Assembly (NCBI GenBank): GCA_000175855.1
Contig: ACYB01000035.1
Span: forward strand, 1 to 32,000
Source of the DNA: Raphidiopsis brookii D9
GTDB taxonomy: Bacteria; Cyanobacteriota; Cyanobacteriia; Cyanobacteriales; Nostocaceae
Direction of reading: 5' to 3'
DNA length: 32,000 nt
The translations under genes and the position numbers were made by a program. Below are positions 18,585-29,643 of the stretch, piece after piece. Positions within the stretch are counted from its first letter, which is position 1; each line of letters starts with the position of its first letter. A model generated the notes under the pieces. It saw only the letters and a program-made list of their open reading frames with translations, did not search any database and was not told the origin of the DNA.

Positions 18585-18611
18585 TTTTTGGGCAATTTGC
18601 ACAGTGTCCTT

Positions 18612-18654
18612 AAAAAACCCCCGATTTGATTTCTTTAATAAAATAAATCGGGGG
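18612..18654 (-). terminator. Rho-independent terminator of the aminotransferase gene
   Basis: On the minus strand: cccccgattt, 17-nt loop, aaatcggggg, then TTTTTT (+ strand A-run 18612-17; stems 18618-27 and 18645-54). It begins 19 nt after the stop at 18673. Confidence 0.75.
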
Positions 18655-18672
18655 AAATTATGTTTTTAAAAA

Positions 18673-19827
18673 TCAATGAGCTGCAAACACCTTCACTGCA
18701 GCAGCAACACCAGTACCAGGAGTAAAGTTCTCATAACCCAACTCCCCAAGCACTACCTCCAATGAGGAGACACAACTAAGAATATCCCGATCGCTCACGA
18801 ATCCCAAATGACCAATACGAAAAATCTTGTTGGTCAAATGATCTTGTCCACCCGCTAAAGCAATGTCAAACCGCTTTTTCATCAGGGAGCGAATTTTATC
18901 TGCTTCCATCCCCGGTACTGATACCGCAGTAATCGCAGGACTAGCACATTCATCTGCTGCAAATAATGGCAAATTTAATGCCTTCATCGCTGCACGGGTG
19001 GCATTCTTTTGCCGCTCATGACGGGTAAAAATTGACTCTAAACCTTCCTTCTTCATCATCCCCAAGGTGGTATGCAATGCTACAATTAAATTTACTGGGG
19101 GAGTAAAGGGCGTAGTATTCTTAGCTGTGGATTTTCTATATTTTCCTAAATCTAAATAGAATTTTGGTAACTTGGCAGTTTTATACGCTTCCCATGCTTT
19201 GGTACTGACGGAAACAAATCCTAAACCCGGTGGTATCATATACCCTTTCTGAGAACCGGAAGCAACTACGTCTAGTCCTAATTCGTCTACTGCTACATTA
19301 TAGGCTCCTAAACTAGTAACGGCATCAACTATAATTAATGCCTCACCGTGTGCTTTTACATGGCTATTAATAGCTGCTAAATCATTAATTACTCCTGTGG
19401 AGGTTTCGCTATGGGTGATGATTACTGCTTTAATTTCCTTATTCGTGTCCGCTGCTAATATTTCCCCAAATTTATCTGGGTCTAGGGGTTTCCCCCACTC
19501 AGCAGTCACCACCTCTACTTTTAAACCAAATGCTTCTCCTACTTCTACCCAACGTTCGCCAAATTTGCCGTTATTACCCACTAATATGCGATCGCCTGGG
19601 GAGAGAAAGTTAATAATTCCTGCTTCTACTGCTCCTGTACCACTAACGTTAAGCATTAATACGTCATTGGTGGTTTGATGTAACCATTTTAGGTTTTCTG
19701 TGACTTCACCCATGATGTTGTTAAACTCCCCAGTTCGATGACCAATGGGATGTTTAGCTAATGCTAGTAAAGCTGCTTCTGGTACTGGAGTTGGTCCAGG
19801 AATCATCAACATTAATTTGTTTTCCAT
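18673..19827 (-). CDS. Class V PLP aminotransferase (alanine-glyoxylate / serine-pyruvate aminotransferase family; historically named soluble hydrogenase 42 kDa subunit in Anabaena)
   Basis: N-terminus KLMLMIPGPTPVPE, and PLP-lysine context ASGSQKGYM. 384 aa. Confidence 0.85.
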   Translation of the reverse strand: MENKLMLMIPGPTPVPEAALLALAKHPIGHRTGEFNNIMGEVTENLKWLHQTTNDVLMLNVSGTGAVEAGIINFLSPGDRILVGNNGKFGERWVEVGEAFGLKVEVVTAEWGKPLDPDKFGEILAADTNKEIKAVIITHSETSTGVINDLAAINSHVKAHGEALIIVDAVTSLGAYNVAVDELGLDVVASGSQKGYMIPPGLGFVSVSTKAWEAYKTAKLPKFYLDLGKYRKSTAKNTTPFTPPVNLIVALHTTLGMMKKEGLESIFTRHERQKNATRAAMKALNLPLFAADECASPAITAVSVPGMEADKIRSLMKKRFDIALAGGQDHLTNKIFRIGHLGFVSDRDILSCVSSLEVVLGELGYENFTPGTGVAAAVKVFAAH

Positions 19828-19926
19828 TATTTCTACCTTAATTGTTTATAACACTAACACCACTAATTTTTCGATTTTCCACGAACTCTCAATCATATCA
19901 TTGGTTGACTATATCTAAATAATTCT

Positions 19927-20811
19927 TTAACTTCCAAAAAGTTGCTTAATTGCTAATTCCGGATCTGGTTGTTTGACCAGGGACTCACCCACTAATATTG
20001 CTGATGCACCTGCTTTTTCTACTATACTGATGTCTTCTGGTGTGTGTATCCCCGACTCGCTAACTACTAAAATATTTCTTTCTTGGATTTGACTCCCTCT
20101 CTGTTTAAGTAGTTCACCACTGGTCCCCAAGTCAACGGAAAAATCTTCTAGGTTACGATTATTTATACCAATTAAATTTACTCCATCTAGTTTTAATACT
20201 CTGTCTAGTTCTTCTAAACTATGCACTTCAATTAATGCGGTCATTTTCAAACTTTTGGCAATCTTGATGAAATACTGCAAGTCTTGATCACTTAAAATTG
20301 CTGCTATCAGTAAAATTGCATCCGCACCATTGACTCTGGCCAGGTACATTTGATAGGGATAAATAATGAATTCCTTGCACAGTAATGGTAGATCTACTGC
20401 ACTACGAATCAATAATAGATTCTCAAAACTACCTTGAAAAAATTTGCTATCTGTCAACACCGAAAGACAACTTGCACCCCCTGCTACATAGGATTGGGCA
20501 ATTTCTAGAGGGTTAAAGTCTTTTCTTAATACCCCTTTGCTGGGAGATGCTTTTTTTACTTCTGCTATTAAGGCAGGTTTAATTTTACTTTCATGCAGTG
20601 CAGCTAAAAAATCACGGGTTGGGGGTGCAACCAAAACTTGCTTCTGCAGTTCCCTTAAAGGTACCTTTTCCCTTCTTTGTTCTACTTCTATCTCTTTTGA
20701 CCAAACTATTTCTTCTAAAATGTTATTTGGCGATGCATCCTTTAGGGCAACTTGGTAGCGCACTATAGAAACATCTATGGCGGGACTGGGAGAACGACGA
20801 CGTATTTGCAT
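19927..20811 (-). CDS. trpC: Indole-3-glycerol phosphate synthase
   Basis: [44 protein letters not shown]. Confidence 0.9.
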   Translation of the reverse strand: MQIRRRSPSPAIDVSIVRYQVALKDASPNNILEEIVWSKEIEVEQRREKVPLRELQKQVLVAPPTRDFLAALHESKIKPALIAEVKKASPSKGVLRKDFNPLEIAQSYVAGGASCLSVLTDSKFFQGSFENLLLIRSAVDLPLLCKEFIIYPYQMYLARVNGADAILLIAAILSDQDLQYFIKIAKSLKMTALIEVHSLEELDRVLKLDGVNLIGINNRNLEDFSVDLGTSGELLKQRGSQIQERNILVVSESGIHTPEDISIVEKAGASAILVGESLVKQPDPELAIKQLFGS

Positions 20812-20891
20812 GAAGTTAATACAGAAGAGAGTTTAACACGTGGGGGATGAGTTTTTTAAAACTAAACCATCCCCCCATATCACTGAATATT

Positions 20892-22322
20892 CTAGCTGGC
20901 GATCGCTCGTTTATAGGCCTCATCCAAAACTTCTGAAAGTGTGGGATGGGCATGAACTAGATAGGCTAGGTCTTTAACAGAGTGACGATAAGCTATGGCG
21001 GAGGATGCTTCATGAATCAAATCGGAAGCGTGTACACCGAAAATGTGTACGCCTAAGACTTCACCAGTATCTTGACGATAAATCACCTTGGCTATACCAT
21101 CTGCTTCGTTTTCTGCTAAAGCTTTAGAGTTACCTTTAAAGTAGCTTTTGGTAGTACCAATTTCAAAACCTTGAGCCAAACCTAATTCTTGAGCTGCTGT
21201 TTCTGTGAGACCCACATAACTAACTTCTGGATGGGTAAATGCAGCAGCGGGTATGCTGCGGTAATCCACCTTTTTGTTTCTACCGAGGATATTTTCCACT
21301 GCGATAATTCCCTGAGCGGAAGCAGCGTGAGCCAACATCATTTTACCATTAGCATCACCAATCGCATAGAGATTAGGAACAATTTCACTACCAGCAAGTA
21401 TGTGCATACCATCATTAACAGGAATAAAGTTCCGTTTATCCAGTTCCACACCCACGGTTTCTAAACCCAGATTTTTAGTGGCAGGAATACGCCCTGTAGC
21501 TACCAAGCAGGCATCTACCTCCAACACTTCCACATCTTCTTTAGTTTGGAAGTCTGCCAATTCAATCACCACCGGGGAACCGGGAATAATTTTCTTAGCG
21601 TAAATACCTACCTTAGTTTCAATATCCCGAGAAGTAATTAATACTCTTTCTGCTAGTTTGGCAATATCCCGATCAAATCCTGGCATTAAGATGTCCACAG
21701 CTTCAATCATTGTTACTTCAGAACCCAAAGCCGTATAAATATCGGCAAATTCCAACCCAATGTAACCACTACCAATAATAGCAATCCAATCAGGTAAAGA
21801 CTCTAATTTTACCCCTTGGTCACTGGTAAATACTGTTTTGCCATCTATTTCAATTCCAGGAGGGACAAAAGGAACCGAACCAGGAGAAAGAATAATATTT
21901 TGGGCGGTGATGATTTTTTCGCTTCCAGTTGTTACCACACTAACTTTTTGTGGACCAGCTAACTTTCCCCAACCTTTAATAATATCTACACCCAAACGTT
22001 TTAGACTATTAGTTAAATCCCCTTGTATTTTGCTAACAAGATTATTGGCGTGCTGGGCGATCGCATCTCGCTGAAAGGAGACTCCTCCCAACTGAATTCC
22101 CAAGGACTGAAGATGGTGAGCATCACGCAATTCGCGCACTTTTCCCGATGCTGCCAACAAAGCTTTAGAAGGGATGCAACCCCTATTGACACAGGTGCCA
22201 CCCATATCAGCTGCTTCAACAATAGCTGTTTTCAGACCATAATGGACAGCATGTAAAGCTGCACCATGTCCACCCACACCTGCGCCAACAATCACTAAAT
22301 CGTAATCAAATCCAGAACTCAC
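20892..22322 (-). CDS. lpdA: Dihydrolipoyl dehydrogenase (E3)
   Basis: [13 protein letters not shown], redox-active disulfide [16 protein letters not shown], and C-terminal [11 protein letters not shown] start. Confidence 0.92.
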   Translation of the reverse strand: MSSGFDYDLVIVGAGVGGHGAALHAVHYGLKTAIVEAADMGGTCVNRGCIPSKALLAASGKVRELRDAHHLQSLGIQLGGVSFQRDAIAQHANNLVSKIQGDLTNSLKRLGVDIIKGWGKLAGPQKVSVVTTGSEKIITAQNIILSPGSVPFVPPGIEIDGKTVFTSDQGVKLESLPDWIAIIGSGYIGLEFADIYTALGSEVTMIEAVDILMPGFDRDIAKLAERVLITSRDIETKVGIYAKKIIPGSPVVIELADFQTKEDVEVLEVDACLVATGRIPATKNLGLETVGVELDKRNFIPVNDGMHILAGSEIVPNLYAIGDANGKMMLAHAASAQGIIAVENILGRNKKVDYRSIPAAAFTHPEVSYVGLTETAAQELGLAQGFEIGTTKSYFKGNSKALAENEADGIAKVIYRQDTGEVLGVHIFGVHASDLIHEASSAIAYRHSVKDLAYLVHAHPTLSEVLDEAYKRAIAS

Positions 22323-22470
22323 GTTAATCTCCCCACTGCTTTAAACTTAGTTACCTTTTCATTTTTCACCTGATCTCAAGTTACCATCGGGTAATTACTA
22401 AAAAGAGCAACCAGAAAAAATTTATCAACCGGTTGTTTAATTAAGAAGATGTGAATTTAAGACATTTTAC

Positions 22471-23379
22471 TCACGGGCAATTATGTCTAATCCAACCTAA
22501 AATCACCTGATTAACCAGTTCAGGTGACTCATCATGGGGACAGTGACCCACCTCTTGTAAATATAACACTTCTAACTTATCATTATACCTAGCAAATTCA
22601 GAAGCCAATTTAGGCGGGATAAATCTATCTTTTTCCCCCCAAATCAGCAGCATAGGAATGGTTAAATTGGGCAATATAGTCTTAGCGCTGGGACTAAATT
22701 CTGCACCAATAGAGGCTTTAAACAGGGCGATAAAAGCACGGGTAGAACCTCTATCTTGGGGTGGTCCTGCCAAAATATCAATTAACTCATCAGTGATAGC
22801 TTGGGGGTGGGCATAAGCAAGACCGGCCCAGCGTCTGAGAACAGCTGGTTGACGAATGAAATTGAATAGGGGTTTGAGCAACAAGGGAGAGGTGAATATA
22901 CCCTTAATTCCCCTGACCACAGGATGAAGAAAAGCTGGTAAAACCTCTTGTTCCAGATTGGGATCGGGTAAACTCATCATGACTATACCCTGAACCATAT
23001 CGGGATGAACTGCTGCTGCTACCAGAGTAACTAGGGAACCCAGAGAATTACCTATTAATATTACAGGATGATGGATAAAAGTCTGCCAAAAATCATAAAG
23101 TTGCTCCACCCACAAATTGACACTGTAATTAGCGGGAACCTTTTCGGAAGCGCCAAAACCCAGCATATCCAGAGCATAAACCGTGTGGTGTTTCCCCAAC
23201 ACCTGTAAATTATGTCGCCAATGACCAATAGAAGCACCAAAGCCATGTAGCAAGATTAAAGGAGTTGCAGTTTGGTGGTGATCCACAGGACGGATAAAAG
23301 TATAGCGGATTTGCCAACCTCTCCACACCCAATCTCTTTGGTTACCCACTCGTTTTTGCCAAGATAAAGCTGTTGTCAC
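22471..23379 (-). CDS. Alpha/beta-fold hydrolase
   Basis: LLHGFGAS, nucleophile elbow GNSLG, and C-terminal GHCPHDE. Confidence 0.8.
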   Translation of the reverse strand: MTTALSWQKRVGNQRDWVWRGWQIRYTFIRPVDHHQTATPLILLHGFGASIGHWRHNLQVLGKHHTVYALDMLGFGASEKVPANYSVNLWVEQLYDFWQTFIHHPVILIGNSLGSLVTLVAAAVHPDMVQGIVMMSLPDPNLEQEVLPAFLHPVVRGIKGIFTSPLLLKPLFNFIRQPAVLRRWAGLAYAHPQAITDELIDILAGPPQDRGSTRAFIALFKASIGAEFSPSAKTILPNLTIPMLLIWGEKDRFIPPKLASEFARYNDKLEVLYLQEVGHCPHDESPELVNQVILGWIRHNCP

Positions 23380-23526
23380 AGGTCAACCCCCTGGAAACCG
23401 ATAAATAATCCCTTTACTATTGTAACTGTATCTTTGTCAACCGCAAGAGGAGGTCAAACCTATTCGTATCAACACGGTATTTTTATACAGACAGGCGATC
23501 GCTGTTTACTTGTAGTGTATCATGCT

Positions 23527-25422
23527 TTAATGGTGGAAATAAGAAAAAATTTGCTGTGCTAATTTCAATCCAATTCCGGGAGGTTCTGCTAATTGCTGAA
23601 CTGTTGCTTGACGAATATAATCAATAGTGCGAAAATGAGCCAATAATAGCTTCTGTCGATGGGCACCCAAACCAGGGATTTCATCTAAACAAGACCTTTG
23701 CCATTGATTACTTCTCTGTTGACGATGAAAACCTATAGCAAATCGATGAGCTTCATCCCTAAGTCTTCTTAACAGTTGCAGACCCGGTTGCTCTGTTTGG
23801 GTTATCAAAGGTTGAGACTCATCTGGTAAAAATATTTCTTCTCTTTTTTTGGCCAAACTAATTACTTGTAAATCCTTTAACAAGTCAACTTCTTGTAAAA
23901 TGTTGACAACCGCAGATAATTGACCCTTACCCCCATCAATCATAATTAAATCTGGCCAGTCATCATTTCCCTGTCTTGGCAATTGGGGATTTTCAATGTA
24001 CTTTCTGAATCTACGATAAATAACTTCCGCTAAACTGGTAAAATCATCAGAGTGACCAATAGTAACATTAGGGTTTTTAATTTTATAGTGACGGTAATAT
24101 TGTTTAGCTGGTAAGCCATCAATAAACACTACTTGGGAACCTACCGCATTACTACCTTGAATATGGGAAATATCGTAACCTTCAATCCGATGAGGTAAAT
24201 CTAATAAACCAAGAATTTCTGCCAAATCTTCCAGACATTTTTGATTAACCTCACCCATTTTTTGCATTCTTTTTAATTCATACTGAGCATTTTTCTCTAC
24301 CATCTCAATTAATTCTGCCTTAGTTTGTCGCAAAGGAGTAATAATATTCACCTTTTTGCCTTTACGTTGCCTAAGAAAATCAGCTAAAATATCTCCATGA
24401 GGTAATTTATGTTGCACCAATATTTCCGGGGGAATTTCCACACTATCTGCAGTTTGATAGTGTTCTTCTAAAACCCGCTGTAAAATTTCCCCTGGTTCAG
24501 CATGAGCATTGGCTATAAAAGCTAATCTTCCTACTAATTTGCCAGCACGAATTTGAAATAACTGAATATGGGCTTGTTGATTGTCTGTAGCTAAAGCAAC
24601 CGCATCTCGGGAAACTGTATCATCTGGTAGGGATACTTTCTGACGAGCAGTTAGGGATTTTAAACCAATAATTTGATCTCTAATTCCAGCAGCAGCTTCA
24701 AAATTTAATTCACTGACTGCGGTTTCCATTTGTAATGTTAAAATATCAATTAGTTCCTCCGTTCTTCCCTGAAATACCATAGCCACTTTTTCTACAACTT
24801 TATGGTAGTCTTCTACAGAAACTAACTTTTGACATACTCCCGGACAGCGACCAATATCATAATTTAAACAAGGACGATCTTTAAATAAGGGTTGAGGTCT
24901 TTGTCGCATGGGAAATATCTGTTGGCATATATGTAAAACTTCCCGCAATAGGGTTGAGTCTGTATAGGGTCCATAATATTTATCCTTGTGTGGTCTATCT
25001 CCTTGAAGTTTTTGTGTTCCCCGTTGACGTTTACGGGTGATAAACAGTCGCGGATATTCTTCTGACCAGGTGATACATAAGTAGGGATATTTTTTATCAT
25101 CTTTAAGTAGAACGTTAAAATAGGGTTGGTGCTGTTTGATTAAATTTGCTTCTAATGCTAGGGCTTCCGCTTCTGTGTCCGTAAGGATAAATTCAATATC
25201 TGTTATCTGCTGCACCATTGTGTTGATGCGTTGGGTTTTATTTGTGTAATCCCTAAAATAAGAACGTACTCGAGAACGTAATTTTCGTGATTTACCAATA
25301 TATATAATGGTATCCCTGTCATCTCGCATCAAATAAACCCCTGGTCCTAGGGGGATTTCTGATAAGCGACCTTCCAGTTGCTCAGGGTTTTTTACCAGGG
25401 GTAAGCTGCTCTGACTACTCAA
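23527..25422 (-). CDS. uvrC: Excinuclease ABC subunit C
   Basis: GIY-YIG N-terminus (GVYLMRD...[18 protein letters not shown]), a UvrBC-interaction region, an Endo-V-like domain and a C-terminal HhH region ([13 protein letters not shown]). 631 aa. TTG start in the track. Confidence 0.92.
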   Translation of the reverse strand: MSSQSSLPLVKNPEQLEGRLSEIPLGPGVYLMRDDRDTIIYIGKSRKLRSRVRSYFRDYTNKTQRINTMVQQITDIEFILTDTEAEALALEANLIKQHQPYFNVLLKDDKKYPYLCITWSEEYPRLFITRKRQRGTQKLQGDRPHKDKYYGPYTDSTLLREVLHICQQIFPMRQRPQPLFKDRPCLNYDIGRCPGVCQKLVSVEDYHKVVEKVAMVFQGRTEELIDILTLQMETAVSELNFEAAAGIRDQIIGLKSLTARQKVSLPDDTVSRDAVALATDNQQAHIQLFQIRAGKLVGRLAFIANAHAEPGEILQRVLEEHYQTADSVEIPPEILVQHKLPHGDILADFLRQRKGKKVNIITPLRQTKAELIEMVEKNAQYELKRMQKMGEVNQKCLEDLAEILGLLDLPHRIEGYDISHIQGSNAVGSQVVFIDGLPAKQYYRHYKIKNPNVTIGHSDDFTSLAEVIYRRFRKYIENPQLPRQGNDDWPDLIMIDGGKGQLSAVVNILQEVDLLKDLQVISLAKKREEIFLPDESQPLITQTEQPGLQLLRRLRDEAHRFAIGFHRQQRSNQWQRSCLDEIPGLGAHRQKLLLAHFRTIDYIRQATVQQLAEPPGIGLKLAQQIFSYFHH

Positions 25423-25488
25423 GTTAATTAATCAGTTAATTGATTCTAAGATATTTTACATTGGTATTTTAACTTAATTTGGGTGATT

Positions 25489-25905
25489 ATGGCACGATTG
25501 CTTTTTGGAGGTATTTTAACTTTATTAGTTTTGTCTATAACTGCATGTAGTAGTCTTGTATTAATTCCAACTTATGAGTTAGTTGTCAAAGCGGTCAATA
25601 TGCAGCTAGAACAAGCTCAGCAGGATCTGGAACAAAAACTAGATTTGGATTTTGAAGGGTTTACTGTGGAACATTTGGTAATTAATCAGCAACAAGCTCT
25701 CGCAATTGAAAATTTACCGGGTTATCATCTGGAAGGAGTTTATGATTTGAAGGTTAAATTACCAACTAGACAAATCGCTCAATCGCACAACCATTTTAAT
25801 ATCTATTTACAAATTCAGAAGGAAGGTAAAAGCTGGAGACTACTCATACCTGAGAAAAGTGGGGAAAAGCAACCATTGGTTTGGCGTGGTTATTTAATTA
25901 TATGA
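25489..25905 (+). CDS. Hypothetical lipoprotein
   Basis: Signal peptide with lipobox-like LSITAC (MARLLFGGILTLLVLSITACSS). No recognisable domain. Confidence 0.55.
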   Translation: MARLLFGGILTLLVLSITACSSLVLIPTYELVVKAVNMQLEQAQQDLEQKLDLDFEGFTVEHLVINQQQALAIENLPGYHLEGVYDLKVKLPTRQIAQSHNHFNIYLQIQKEGKSWRLLIPEKSGEKQPLVWRGYLII

Positions 25906-25994
25906 GTTATTTCTGGAGTTTGGATTGTCTAAACTCACATATTTGTGGTTTCACCTCTACCGTTTGAGGAGGTATTAAAAACTAGAAAATATAT

Positions 25995-26945
25995 TTATAG
26001 CTCTCTTTTGCAGTACATCACTAATAGAATCAATATTGCCAATCCCGCTAAATACTTAACTGGATCTGGTATTATGGGGTTAGGAGAGAAAAACCCCTCA
26101 ATTATTCCAGCAACAATTAGTAATGGGACAATTCCAAAGACCAATTGTGCAGCGAGGGAACTGTAATATTTAATTGCTTCCACACGTAAATATTTACCAG
26201 GAAAGAGAATTCCTCTACCTAATAATAGACCTGCTGCTCCTGCAAAAAATATGGCAGGTAATTCCAGGGCACCATGGGGAAATACAAAAGCCCAAAATGG
26301 ATAGGCTAGATTATTTTCACCCACTAAAGTAGCAATAGAGCCAATCAATAATCCATTGAATACTAATATGTAAATAGTGAATAGTCCCCCCGTAATTCCC
26401 CCAGCAACAGCAGAAAATGAAACAGAAATATTATTAATCATAATATTACTGGATGCTAGGGGTTCCATACCGACTATGGAACCCATCCATAACTCACCCC
26501 GATCTCGAACTTGGGAGATTAAACTCTCAGGTACCAGTAGGGACATAAACCTGGGATCTTGCCAACTATACCACCAACCTACTAACATCCCTAGGATGAA
26601 TAGTGCTGTAGCAGTAATGATATAGGTAAAGGTCTGCTGTACTACAGCTGGAAATCCCCAATGGTAGAACTGTATGACTGCTTCCCATTCTTGTTTTCGA
26701 GAACCTTGGTAAATTTGTGTATAAGCACGGGTTGCTAGGAGTTGTAGACTTTGAACTAAAGTACGGGACACGTTGTAGGTGCGTGCCCGTGCTAAGTCAG
26801 CTGTTATAGACCGATAAAGACTAGCCAGCTCTCTAATTTCTGATGATTTCAGAGACCTTAGTCTTTTTAGCTCTATTTTGCTCAAAAGGGAGTCTAACCG
26901 TTGCCAATTTTCTTCCCTTGTGCCAATCCAACGTTTAATATTCAT
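25995..26945 (-). CDS. SpoIIM-like (DUF95) integral membrane protein
   Basis: N-terminal soluble helical region (WQRLDSLLSKIE...LASLYRSITADLARART) followed by about 6 TM helices. This architecture is typical of the stage II sporulation protein M family in non-sporulating bacteria. Confidence 0.6.
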   Translation of the reverse strand: MNIKRWIGTREENWQRLDSLLSKIELKRLRSLKSSEIRELASLYRSITADLARARTYNVSRTLVQSLQLLATRAYTQIYQGSRKQEWEAVIQFYHWGFPAVVQQTFTYIITATALFILGMLVGWWYSWQDPRFMSLLVPESLISQVRDRGELWMGSIVGMEPLASSNIMINNISVSFSAVAGGITGGLFTIYILVFNGLLIGSIATLVGENNLAYPFWAFVFPHGALELPAIFFAGAAGLLLGRGILFPGKYLRVEAIKYYSSLAAQLVFGIVPLLIVAGIIEGFFSPNPIIPDPVKYLAGLAILILLVMYCKREL

Positions 26946-27076
26946 TAAATTTACGGTACTGGTGTGAATTTAGTTTAATATACTCTTACTCTCAATAATA
27001 CCGTCCATGTTCTCTGTTGCAAATTGCTCACCGTGGTCTGAATCTAGTAGTTAATTGGAATATTTTATATTAATTT

Positions 27077-27937
27077 ATGCCTGAGAATAGAGGTTTTTAC
27101 ACCACCGCACAGGTTTTAACAGTGGGAAATGTAGTTAGTGCATCGGTTCGCTTATATCGTTCCCATTTTAAAGATTATTTTTTGCTTTCTTTCAAAGCTT
27201 GGCTATGGATATTTGTACCAATCTACGGTTGGGCCAAATTTTATGCTTTATCAGCTCTGATTAGTCGTTTAAGTTTTGGTGATTTGGTTAACCAACCAGA
27301 AAGTGTTGATTCAGGTGAACGATTTGTTAATTCCCGATTGTGGCAGTTTTTGGGCACATTGATTTTAATGTTGTTCATCTACTTTGGGATTATTGTTAGT
27401 TTTGTTATTCTAGGATTTTTGTTGGTGTTTATTACTGCGGCAATTTTGGGTGGGTTAGACATTCAGAATCCCACTAATAATGGTACTTGGTGGGTTCTGA
27501 TCTTTCTCCTAGTTCTTCTGTTGGCTATTGTCGCTATTGTAGGATCTATCTGGTTAGAAATTCGGTTTTTTCTGGTAACTCTCCCCCTAGCAATTGAGGA
27601 AAATGTGGATGCTACCTCTACTATTGGTCGCAGCTGGGAGTTAACTAAAGGTCATGCATGGAGAATATTCCTCATCCTTTTTGTAGCTTCTTTAATCACT
27701 TTACCAATGCAAATTTTATTACAAATTATTTCCTTTATAGTTCAGGGAATATTGGAGTTTAGACCCGACAATAATCCCCTCCTTAATAGTTTACTGCTTC
27801 TCTTGTTTTTTGCTATGTTTATAGGTGGTAGTGCCCTAATTTTACCTTTTTGGCAATCTCTCAAAGCTGTAATTTATTATGACTTACGCAGTCGTCGCGA
27901 AGGATTGGGTTTAAAGTTACGAGAACGGGAAATTTAA
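27077..27937 (+). CDS. Polytopic membrane protein of unknown function
   Basis: 286-aa ORF with several long hydrophobic segments. The family is not recognised with confidence. It lies 4 nt upstream of the RDD gene, so the two are probably co-transcribed. Confidence 0.55.
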   Translation: MPENRGFYTTAQVLTVGNVVSASVRLYRSHFKDYFLLSFKAWLWIFVPIYGWAKFYALSALISRLSFGDLVNQPESVDSGERFVNSRLWQFLGTLILMLFIYFGIIVSFVILGFLLVFITAAILGGLDIQNPTNNGTWWVLIFLLVLLLAIVAIVGSIWLEIRFFLVTLPLAIEENVDATSTIGRSWELTKGHAWRIFLILFVASLITLPMQILLQIISFIVQGILEFRPDNNPLLNSLLLLLFFAMFIGGSALILPFWQSLKAVIYYDLRSRREGLGLKLREREI

Positions 27938-27940
27938 ACC

Positions 27941-28717
27941 ATGCACTTATTCAACAAAGTCAAATTTAATACTCCCGAAAGTGTGGAGCTGGAATTTACC
28001 TTAGCTGGTATAGGAAGTCGCGCTTGGGCTTTTTTAATTGACTATTTGGTTTTGACTACCACTTTAATTTTAGTAGTCATTGCTTGGGTATTTATCTTCA
28101 GTCAATTAGTTACATCAGAAATTTTAGACTCAGCTTTTGGTTTATGGATATGGGCGATCGCATTCCTGACTATTTTCACCATTTATAGTGGCTATTTTGT
28201 CTTTTTTGAGACTTTATGGCAAGGACAGACTCCTGGTAAACGCATGGCTAAAATCCGGGTAATCAGAGATGATGGTAGACTAGTCGGACTGCAACAGTCG
28301 GTATTGCGAGCTTTACTCCGTCCTGTGGATGAGTTTTTTTTCATCGGTGCTTTTTTAATCATCTTAGCTAAGAATGAAAAGCGTTTGGGTGATATGGTTG
28401 CTGGAACTATAGTAATTCAGTCTGAAACAGAAAATAAAGTTGTCAACTTAACTATTTCTGAAGAAGCGAAGTTGCTTTATGTCAAGCTGGAGCAAACCTG
28501 TGACCTATCCCAATTGTTTCCCGACGATTTTGCCGTGATTCGTGAGTATTTAAAACAGCGTGGAGGTATGTCTTATAAAGCTAAAGCTTCTTTATCCCTC
28601 AAATTGTCCCAGCAGGTTCAGTCCATAGTTAATTTACCAGTTTTGCCCGGTGATATGTCAGCTGATGTGTTTTTAGAAGCTGTTTATCTAGCATATCAAA
28701 AATTGGAATTTGTTTAA
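27941..28717 (+). CDS. RDD-family membrane protein
   Basis: N-terminal TM helices around PGKRMAKIRVIRDDGRLVG (the R-D-D signature), with a C-terminal soluble extension. Confidence 0.75.
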   Translation: MHLFNKVKFNTPESVELEFTLAGIGSRAWAFLIDYLVLTTTLILVVIAWVFIFSQLVTSEILDSAFGLWIWAIAFLTIFTIYSGYFVFFETLWQGQTPGKRMAKIRVIRDDGRLVGLQQSVLRALLRPVDEFFFIGAFLIILAKNEKRLGDMVAGTIVIQSETENKVVNLTISEEAKLLYVKLEQTCDLSQLFPDDFAVIREYLKQRGGMSYKAKASLSLKLSQQVQSIVNLPVLPGDMSADVFLEAVYLAYQKLEFV

Positions 28718-28749
28718 TCGCTGCTTAGTCACCATTTCCCCCTACCTCC

Positions 28750-29538
28750 TTAAAACGTGAAACTGGCCCAGTTTGGTTGACGATAATAATGGGTCATATC
28801 ATCAAACTTTCTTACCTCAGCTTGACTGACCAAAATTTCTGAGAAATTTAATAGCCAATGTTGATTTAATTCCGATAATAAATTACTCAGATTAACCCGG
28901 TCTAAGTTAGCAGGGATTTCACTAAAATAACCTAACGTAATATGGGCTGTGAAGTGATAGTGCTGTTCAATGCCGAGTCCCATTAATTTGCGATTTTGAT
29001 AAATTAGTCGTCGTAGTTGAATAATTTCTTCGTATGAGCGTTGATCCTTTGGGATTAAACCCAATGCTATAGCTCTAGGCATTACTATTAGTCCTAAGAC
29101 TTGCCAGGAAATAGGACCTTGCAATGAACTACGCGATTTTTGGTACTGACCAAACAAGTCTCCCAGGTGAGAGTTTAGTTCTTTTTCAAACTGGGGATTT
29201 TTCTCACAGGCGTGAATAAATGCATGATCCCAAATCAAATCTGCTAAAGTAAGATGAAAACTGCTCACCGGTAAGGGTACAATCAAATCGGAAGCAATTG
29301 ATAACTCTAACAGCGATCGCCTAAAAGTCTCTATTTGGTGGTAAAAGTCAGCATTGTGCGGATCTTCACCTGCTGGTGGAGTAATCAGGGTATAACCGGG
29401 AAAGGGGGTTGCTCTGAGGACACCATCTACAGACCGGAATTTAGAGGATTCCTGGATATGTTGAACCTGGGTTCTGAAAGAATCTGGTAGCGTCATTCTC
29501 GCTAACCGATTTAAGTAGGTTTGGTAGTTGTCGTCCAA
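28750..29538 (-). CDS. 2H-phosphoesterase-like protein (possibly DUF1868)
   Basis: Two HxTx motifs about 100 aa apart: SFHLTLADL and TAHITLGYF. 262 aa. TTG start in the track. Confidence 0.55.
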   Translation of the reverse strand: MDDNYQTYLNRLARMTLPDSFRTQVQHIQESSKFRSVDGVLRATPFPGYTLITPPAGEDPHNADFYHQIETFRRSLLELSIASDLIVPLPVSSFHLTLADLIWDHAFIHACEKNPQFEKELNSHLGDLFGQYQKSRSSLQGPISWQVLGLIVMPRAIALGLIPKDQRSYEEIIQLRRLIYQNRKLMGLGIEQHYHFTAHITLGYFSEIPANLDRVNLSNLLSELNQHWLLNFSEILVSQAEVRKFDDMTHYYRQPNWASFTF

Positions 29539-29643
29539 TCTTGTTACCCTCGCAATCTTCTTGATAGATTCTAGAAAAAATTACCTGATCTCAGCAATTT
29601 TTTATTTAATCACAGTTTAAACCCCCTCACACTCTGCTCAACC

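Noticed and set aside
20841-20875. An 8-bp stem hairpin (gggggatg ... catccccc) between lpdA and trpC
   Set aside because: The loop is 18 nt and there is no U-tract on either strand. It may be a weak attenuator or processing site, but the evidence is insufficient to annotate it as a terminator.
22427-22436. A perfect 10-bp palindrome, caaccggttg, between the hydrolase gene and lpdA
   Set aside because: It has no loop, so it is not a terminator hairpin. It is too short and isolated to call an operator without a known matching motif. It does not fit the NtcA GTA-N8-TAC pattern.
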